Source of the DNA: an uncultured bacterium | GTDB lineage: Bacteria; Fidelibacterota; Marinisomatia; Marinisomatales; UBA1611 | NCBI GenBank assembly: GCA_943788175.1 | Contig: CALSPG010000003.1 | Location: forward strand, 32,001 to 96,000 | DNA: 64,000 nucleotides | Direction of reading: 5' to 3' | In this document: positions 58,401-64,000 of the stretch, in pieces | Layout of the letters: each line of letters begins with the position of its first letter | Position numbering within the stretch: the first letter of the stretch is position 1 | Position numbers and translations under genes: made by a program | Notes under the pieces: model-generated | Database searches by the model: none | What the model was told of the DNA's origin: nothing | What the model saw: only the letters and a program-made list of their open reading frames with translations

Positions 58401-59246
58401 ACATGGAACAAAATTTCTAAAGTTTGGCTTTCTTTTAGAAAAGAATGGTCAAGATTAGAAACTCAGCTTGAGAGGCAAGTATTTAAGTTGAAGATTGGTG
58501 ACGAACTGCAACCTGGTATTCTTCGAATGGCAAAAGTTTATGTTGCACAAAAGCGTAAGCTTCAAGTTGGTGACAAAATGGCTGGTAGGCACGGTAATAA
58601 AGGTATTGTTGCGACTATCGTACCTGAGGAAGATATGCCATTTTTAGAAGATGGTACTCCTGTTGATATTGTTTTAAATCCGCTGGGTGTGCCTTCAAGG
58701 ATGAATTTAGGCCAGTTATATGAGGCGATGTTGGGCTGGGCTGGTATGGCTACTGGTAATAAATATTCTACTCCAGTTTTTAACGGTGCTTCGCCTGAAC
58801 AGGTATTAAATGAGTTGAATAGTGCTGGCTTGCCTATTACAGGCAAAACTAAGCTTATTGATGGTGTCACTGGTGAAGCATTTGATAATCCTGTTACTGT
58901 GGGTGTTTCTTATATTATGAAGCTTAGTCATATGGTTGATGATAAAATGCACGCTAGGTCAACAGGTCCGTATTCGCTAATTACTCAGCAGCCATTAGGA
59001 GGGAAAGCTCAGTTTGGTGGACAGCGTTTTGGTGAAATGGAGGTCTGGGCTTTACAAGCATATGGTGCCGCTCATACATTGCATGAGATCTTGACTGTTA
59101 AGTCTGATGATGTAGAAGGTCGGTCTAAAGTTTATAATGCTATTGTAAGAGGCGAGCAAATGCCGGAGTTTTCAGCGCCTGAATCATTTAATGTCATGAT
59201 CAAAGAGCTCCAAGGTCTTTGCATTGATGTAGAACTAGATAATTAA
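55467..59246 (+). CDS. rpoB: RNA polymerase beta subunit
   Basis: GTFIINGAERV, HYGRLCPIETPEGPNIG, GDKMAGRHGNKG, GGQRFGEME. Confidence 0.99.
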   Translation: MESFNVSKNNRVTFTHIQELLEIPDLLSIQTKAYQQFLQEYEAPEARKDLGLQAVLNSVFPIEDSHRNYILEFNAYYLGQPKYTGDECIDRGVTFSVPLRVKLSLHITDESNKNEYAQSIEQDVYFGNIPYMTEKGTFIINGAERVIVSQLQRSPGVFFDESTHPNGTKLFQARIIPARGSWVDFTTDINDCLFVIIDRRRKFPVTMLLRALGYSSNSDICKAFGNLITKKVKGKGLEKYIGATITEDVIDTKTGEIFFESGTELSGDIIEKLKENGVDEINLVDGNKDFSSMLLLNTISKDPTRDTEGALQVVYQLLRTSEPPNLETAQKFIERIFFSPKKYDLGQVGRYRLNQQFNLDVPVEETVLTMEDIIQVLVTLIDMRRGDRGVDDIDHLGNRRVKTIGEQLTNQFSIALSRMIRTIHERMNLRESESITPQDLINSRVVTTVINTFFGTSQLSQFGDQTNPLAEITHKRRISALGPGGLTRERAGFEVRDVHYTHYGRLCPIETPEGPNIGLISSLAMFAEVNNHGFIESPYREVVKSKGKSRVTDNIKYLSADDEDRVMVAQASTELDSEKNITEKNIRTRVKGDFPIVGPESVDYVEVSPTQILSVAAALIPFLDHDDANRALMGSNMQRQAVPLMYPQSPIVGTGMESRVAKDSRSCVVSPVSGRVVYVDAETIHIKRKDVQDSLTLFEGEAIHEIKLKKYFRTNQNTVHNQRPLVTEGQKIEAGDVVADGAATEMGELALGSNVHVAYMAWRGYNFEDAIVVSERLVKDDTFSSVHCNEIEVEVRDTKRGQEELTPEIPNVSEDATKDLDEEGIVREGARVKEGDILIGKVTPKGESDPTPEEKLLRAIFGEKAGEVKDASKRAEPGIKGCVIRTKLFEKQAKRTKAEEREQIREYQRKASEDKKNLKISRDEKLLALMLDQVSNGIRSVSSNRTLIKKSTKLTSKRLSGFDLERFAQDVAWVEDTRTWNKISKVWLSFRKEWSRLETQLERQVFKLKIGDELQPGILRMAKVYVAQKRKLQVGDKMAGRHGNKGIVATIVPEEDMPFLEDGTPVDIVLNPLGVPSRMNLGQLYEAMLGWAGMATGNKYSTPVFNGASPEQVLNELNSAGLPITGKTKLIDGVTGEAFDNPVTVGVSYIMKLSHMVDDKMHARSTGPYSLITQQPLGGKAQFGGQRFGEMEVWALQAYGAAHTLHEILTVKSDDVEGRSKVYNAIVRGEQMPEFSAPESFNVMIKELQGLCIDVELDN

Positions 59247-59257
59247 GAGGAATAAAA

Positions 59258-62200
59258 TTGACTTATATACAATCAAATAACTTAGATACTTCAAAATCTT
59301 ACAGTTCGATTACCATTGGTTTGGCCTCTCCTGAGTCTATTTTGGCCAGGTCTTATGGTGAAATTTTAAAGCCCGAGACTATTAATTATAGGTCTTACAA
59401 GCCTGAAAAGGATGGTCTTTTTTGCGAGAAGATTTTTGGGCCAGTTAAGGACTACGAATGTCACTGCGGTAAATATAAAGGTATTCGCTACCGCGGTATT
59501 ATTTGCGACAGATGTGGTGTCGAGGTTACTAGAAAAAAAGTAAGAAGAGAAAGAATGGGGCATATTACTCTTGCTGTACCGATTGTCCATATTTGGTATC
59601 TGAGGTCTATTCCAAGTAAGTTGAGTTATTTAGCCGGTAGAAGCACAAAAGAGCTTGAGCGGGTAATTTATTATGAGATGTATATGGTGCTTGATCCTGC
59701 TGATAGTGGTCTTAAGCCTTTTGATCTAATAGAAGAAGAAGATTATCTAGATTACGAGCAAAAATTTGGTTTTTCTGCTGTCAGCGAGGAGCGAAGAGAT
59801 AATGATGATTATTTTTATGCTGCCATGGGTGGGGAAGCAATTAAAGAAATGCTTGCTAGAATAAATATAATGGAGCTCAAAAAAGAGCTTGAAGATATTG
59901 TTAAAACGTCCAAATCTAAACAAAAAAGGACGGATGCATTAAAAAGGCTGAAGGTTACTTATTCTTTTGTGCCAGACCCAACTAAAAAACGTCTGAATAA
60001 GCCAGAATGGATGATTGTTTCTATCCTTCCCGTTATTCCTCCGGAGCTTAGGCCATTAGTGCCCTTAGAGGGCGGTAGGTTTGCTGCTAGTGACTTAAAT
60101 GACCTTTATAGAAGGATCATTATTAGGAACAATAGATTAAAGCAGTTGATGGAGATTAAGGCGCCTGATGTAATTTTAAGAAATGAAAAAAGAATGTTGC
60201 AAGAATCAGTAGATGCGCTTTTTGATAATAGTCGAAGAAAGACTGCTATTCGAAGCGGTTCTCGTCGACCTTTAAAATCTCTTTCTGATATGCTCAGAGG
60301 TAAGACTGGTAGATTTAGGCAAAACTTGCTTGGTAAGAGAGTTGATTATTCAGGTAGGTCGGTTATTGTTGTCGGTCCACAGTTAAAATTGCAAGAATGT
60401 GGATTGCCTAAAAATATGGCTTTAGAGCTGTTTAAACCTCATATGATTCGAGAGTTGATGGGGCGCGGATATACCCAAACTCCTAGGAGCGCAAAATTGA
60501 TGATTGAGAATCATGAGCCAGTTGTATACAAAGTTTTAGAATATGTGGTTAAGGATCATCCTGTCATGTTAAATAGGGCTCCAACTCTTCATAGGCTTGG
60601 GATTCAAGCTTTCCAACCGGTGTTGGTTGAAGGTAAGGCTATCCAGTTACATCCACTAGTTTGCTCTGCTTTTAATGCTGATTTTGATGGTGACCAAATG
60701 GCTGTTCATGTGCCGTTATCTCTTCCTGCTCAGATGGAGGCTAGGATGTTGATGCTCGCAAGTCATAATATTTTGCACCCAGCTAACGGTCAGCCTATTG
60801 CTGTCCCTTCTCAGGATATGATTCTTGGCTCTTATTATCTGACAAAGTTAAAAAATGGTGATTTAGGCGAAGGTAAACTTTTTGGGTCTATTGATGAGGT
60901 GGTTTTAGCTCATGAAAATAGGGTTGTAGGTATGCATGCCAAAATCTCTGTTAAGCATAAAGGTGTATGGATAAAAGATACTACTGTTGGTAGGGCTATT
61001 TTCAATTCGATTTTGCCTACTGAAATGGATTTTATTGATGCACTTATTGATAAAAAACTATTAACAGAAGTTGTCAATCAATGTTATCTAGTAGTTGGTA
61101 ATTATAAGACAGTAATCTTTTTAGACGACTTAAAAGATTTAGGTTTTAAAATGGCTACACTTAGTGGTCTTTCAATTTCTATTAGTGATGTATTAATACC
61201 TGGCGAAAAGGATAATATTCTCGCAATTGCTTTTGATAAAGTAAATGATATCAAAAATAAATTTGACAGACATGTTTTAACAGAAGGTGAACGTTATAAT
61301 AAGGTTATCGATGTCTGGACGCACACTACAAACCATGTAGCGCAAGTTATGGAGCAGGAGTTGAGAAAGGACAATCAAGGGTTTAATGCGCTTTCCATGA
61401 TGACAGATTCTGGTGCTAGGGGTAGTAAGGATCAGATAAAGCAGCTAGCGGGAATGCGAGGCCTGATGGCAAAGCCTCAAAAGTCTATGAAAGGTGGTGT
61501 CGGTGAGATTATTGAGTCTCCAATAACATCGAATTTTAAAGAAGGATTGTCTGTTTTTGAGTATTTTATTTCAACTCACGGTGCTAGAAAAGGTCTTGCT
61601 GATACAGCTTTAAAAACTGCTGACGCTGGGTATCTTACTCGGAGGCTAGTCGATGTAGCTCAGGATGTTGTTGTCTATGAAGAGGATTGTGGTACAATTA
61701 ATGGTATTCTTATTTCAGACTTAAAAGAGGGTGAAGAAATTATCGAACCTATTGCTGATCGTATTTTAGGTAGAACTATTCTTGATGATTTTATTGATAG
61801 AGGTAAGGTTGTTGTGAAGGCTGGTTCTGTTTTATCTGAAAAGGAAGCAGAGTTAATTGGTGATAGCGGTGTTGAGAGTGTTCAGATTAGGTCTGTTCTG
61901 ACTTGTGATACTAAAAGAGGTATATGCGCTAAGTGTTATGGTTGGGATTTGTCTCTTCACAAAATTGTTGATATCGGAACATCTGTTGGCATAAGAGCCG
62001 CTCAAAGTATTGGTGAGCCTGGAACTCAGTTAACTCTTCGAACATTTCATATTGGTGGTACTGCTAGTAGAGTCATTGAGCAATCTGAAATGAAAAATAA
62101 ACGCGCTGGAGTTGTTGAATTTTCTGATAATTATGATTATGCTATTACCAGAGATGAGGCTGGTCTGGAGGTTCGTAGATGTATGGTTAGACATGCGAAG

Positions 62201-63502
62201 CTAACTATTACGCAAGGCGAGAAAGAATCAAAAGCTGTTTTTAATGTTCCCTATGGTGCAACAATGTTAGTCGAAGCTGGAGAAAAAATAAAAGCTCAGA
62301 CAACGATGTTTCAATGGGATCCCTATACTGATATTATTCTTGCTAGAGAGACTGGTTTGGTTAGTCTGAAAGATTTTGTTGAAGGTGAAACTTATTCTGT
62401 TGAGTCAGTAGAGACTGGGAAAAAGCAAATTGTTGTTATCGAGGCTCGGGATAGAAAGCTAAGTCCTCATTTGGAAATTGTAGATAAAAATGGTGAAATA
62501 GTAGCGGGTAGTACAATTCTCCCTGTGAAGGCGACGCTAGTTGTCAATGACAAAGAAGAAGTTGAGCGGGGGCAGACTTTGGTAAAAATACCTAAAGATA
62601 TAGGTAAAACTAGAGATATTACTGGTGGCTTGCCTCGAGTAGCTGAATTGTTTGAATCTAGAAAGCCCTCCAATCCGGCTGTGATGACAGAAATTAATGG
62701 AACTGTTAAGTTTGGTGAAACGCGAAGAGGTATTAGAAAAATTCATGTTGTTGGCTCTGATGGAGATGACAGGTCATATTCTATTCCCTATGGTAAACAT
62801 GTAATAGTTCATGAAGGTGATTTCATCAATGCTGGTTCTTCTTTATGTGAGGGTGCAATCTCTCCAAGTGACATACTTAGGGTTCTGGGTCCGTCTGCTG
62901 TAGTTGAATATCTAGTAAATGAAATCCAAGAAGTTTACAGGCTTCAAGGTGTAAAAATAAATGACAAGCATATCGAAATTATTGTAAATCAGATGATGCA
63001 AAAAGTTAGTGTAAAAGAAATTGGTGACTCTAGGTTTCTTCAAGAAGATAGGATAAGTAAAAACGATTTTATGATAGAGAATGAAAGATTATCCAAGATG
63101 GTCGTTGTTACGGTACCTGGCGATACTGGTTTAGATGAAGATGTGATGATTGAAAAATCAGAACTCAATGAGTTAAATAAAGAGGTTAAGGCTGAAGGAA
63201 AAGATGTCGCTAAATATCGGAAAACTATTCCTTCTACATTTGAACCAATACTGATGGGTATTACTAGGGCCTCTCTTAATACCGAAAGTTTTATCAGTGC
63301 CGCTTCTTTTCAAGAAACTACGAGGGTGTTAACAGATGCTGCCACTGCAGGTAAAACTGATTATTTATACGGTTTAAAAGAAAATGTAGCAGTTGGGAGA
63401 ATAATTCCGGCTGGAACTGGCACTCCAAAAATAGCGGATGTTCTGGTTGGCGTGGATGGAGTTAACGATTCTTCGATGGATGTTGATGATGCAGTTGCAT
63501 AA
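59258..63502 (+). CDS. rpoC: RNA polymerase beta' subunit
   Basis: N-terminal zinc finger, NADFDGDQM active site, GEPGTQLT. Confidence 0.99.
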   Translation: MTYIQSNNLDTSKSYSSITIGLASPESILARSYGEILKPETINYRSYKPEKDGLFCEKIFGPVKDYECHCGKYKGIRYRGIICDRCGVEVTRKKVRRERMGHITLAVPIVHIWYLRSIPSKLSYLAGRSTKELERVIYYEMYMVLDPADSGLKPFDLIEEEDYLDYEQKFGFSAVSEERRDNDDYFYAAMGGEAIKEMLARINIMELKKELEDIVKTSKSKQKRTDALKRLKVTYSFVPDPTKKRLNKPEWMIVSILPVIPPELRPLVPLEGGRFAASDLNDLYRRIIIRNNRLKQLMEIKAPDVILRNEKRMLQESVDALFDNSRRKTAIRSGSRRPLKSLSDMLRGKTGRFRQNLLGKRVDYSGRSVIVVGPQLKLQECGLPKNMALELFKPHMIRELMGRGYTQTPRSAKLMIENHEPVVYKVLEYVVKDHPVMLNRAPTLHRLGIQAFQPVLVEGKAIQLHPLVCSAFNADFDGDQMAVHVPLSLPAQMEARMLMLASHNILHPANGQPIAVPSQDMILGSYYLTKLKNGDLGEGKLFGSIDEVVLAHENRVVGMHAKISVKHKGVWIKDTTVGRAIFNSILPTEMDFIDALIDKKLLTEVVNQCYLVVGNYKTVIFLDDLKDLGFKMATLSGLSISISDVLIPGEKDNILAIAFDKVNDIKNKFDRHVLTEGERYNKVIDVWTHTTNHVAQVMEQELRKDNQGFNALSMMTDSGARGSKDQIKQLAGMRGLMAKPQKSMKGGVGEIIESPITSNFKEGLSVFEYFISTHGARKGLADTALKTADAGYLTRRLVDVAQDVVVYEEDCGTINGILISDLKEGEEIIEPIADRILGRTILDDFIDRGKVVVKAGSVLSEKEAELIGDSGVESVQIRSVLTCDTKRGICAKCYGWDLSLHKIVDIGTSVGIRAAQSIGEPGTQLTLRTFHIGGTASRVIEQSEMKNKRAGVVEFSDNYDYAITRDEAGLEVRRCMVRHAKLTITQGEKESKAVFNVPYGATMLVEAGEKIKAQTTMFQWDPYTDIILARETGLVSLKDFVEGETYSVESVETGKKQIVVIEARDRKLSPHLEIVDKNGEIVAGSTILPVKATLVVNDKEEVERGQTLVKIPKDIGKTRDITGGLPRVAELFESRKPSNPAVMTEINGTVKFGETRRGIRKIHVVGSDGDDRSYSIPYGKHVIVHEGDFINAGSSLCEGAISPSDILRVLGPSAVVEYLVNEIQEVYRLQGVKINDKHIEIIVNQMMQKVSVKEIGDSRFLQEDRISKNDFMIENERLSKMVVVTVPGDTGLDEDVMIEKSELNELNKEVKAEGKDVAKYRKTIPSTFEPILMGITRASLNTESFISAASFQETTRVLTDAATAGKTDYLYGLKENVAVGRIIPAGTGTPKIADVLVGVDGVNDSSMDVDDAVA

Positions 63503-63525
63503 TAATTAAAATTAGATGAAAATCA

Positions 63526-63565
63526 TTGTTATGTATTCAAATATTAGATTAACTTACGAGGCTGT
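63526..63565 (+). promoter_or_regulatory. Putative promoter of the rpsL (str) operon
   Basis: TTGTTA-18 nt-TAACTT-ACGAGGCTGT; same layout as upstream of the tRNA-tuf operon. Confidence 0.55.
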
Positions 63566-63577
63566 GGAGAAATATAT

Positions 63578-63955
63578 ATGCCAACAATAAATCAATTAGT
63601 GCGAAAAGGTAGGAAGAGAATCTTGAAAAAGACCTCTACTCCTGCACTTATGAGTAATCCTCAAAAAAGGGGTGTTTGCACACGCGTATATACTACGACA
63701 CCAAAAAAACCAAATTCAGCATTACGAAAAGTTGCTAGGGTAAGACTTACAAATTCTACAGAAGTAACTGCGTACATTCCTGGCGAGGGCCATAATCTTC
63801 AAGAGCACTCAATTGTGTTGATTGAAGGTGGTCGTGTAAAGGATTTACCTGGTGTGCGTTATCACATTGTTAGGGGTACCTTGGATACTGCTGGTGTTGA
63901 CGATAGAAGGACTAGTCGCAGTAGATATGGTGCAAAAAAACCAAAAGCTAGTTAA
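63578..63955 (+). CDS. rpsL: 30S ribosomal protein S12
   Basis: [32 protein letters not shown]. Confidence 0.99.
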   Translation: MPTINQLVRKGRKRILKKTSTPALMSNPQKRGVCTRVYTTTPKKPNSALRKVARVRLTNSTEVTAYIPGEGHNLQEHSIVLIEGGRVKDLPGVRYHIVRGTLDTAGVDDRRTSRSRYGAKKPKAS

Positions 63956-63961
63956 AATATT

Positions 63962-64000
63962 ATGAGAAGAAGAAGACCAGAAAAAAGAACGATTTTGCCT
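63962..64000 (+). CDS. rpsG: 30S ribosomal protein S7, N-terminal fragment (cut by window edge)
   Basis: MRRRRPEKRTILP directly after rpsL. Confidence 0.9.
   Translation, partial: MRRRRPEKRTILP

Overview
AT-rich, densely packed bacterial chromosome segment of mostly housekeeping genes. Gene content (FCB-type omega subunit, bat genes, PorV-like protein, GSII) suggests an FCB-superphylum organism such as Marinimicrobia/SAR406; this is inference, not a database result. From left to right: two tandem Lrp/AsnC regulators and a type II glutamine synthetase; a minus-strand operon with all seven shikimate steps plus the Phe/Tyr branch; a TPP riboswitch in front of a frameshifted TonB-dependent receptor; ffh-rpsP-khpA-rimM-trmD-rplS; selA-selB-mutS; yicC-gmk-rpoZ-udg-dnaB-rel; lipid and envelope genes; batA-E; yebC-ruvC-ruvA-gcvT; ftsK to ddl; and four tRNAs-tuf-rpmG-tRNA-Trp-secE-nusG-rplKAJL-rpoBC-rpsL-rpsG'. 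The best unannotated signal is a candidate ribosome-mediated attenuator: a 22-aa Phe/Tyr-rich leader peptide, an antiterminator segment and a U-tailed terminator. It sits upstream of nine aromatic biosynthesis genes that include an ACT-less dehydratase and a plant-like TyrA. Also notable are a compact variant TPP riboswitch, three near-perfect in-frame tandem repeats in conserved genes, a promoter-like motif shared by the tRNA-tuf and rpsL operons, and a Cys-free L33. Five apparent +1 frameshifts look like assembly consensus errors. No mobile elements or CRISPR arrays were seen.
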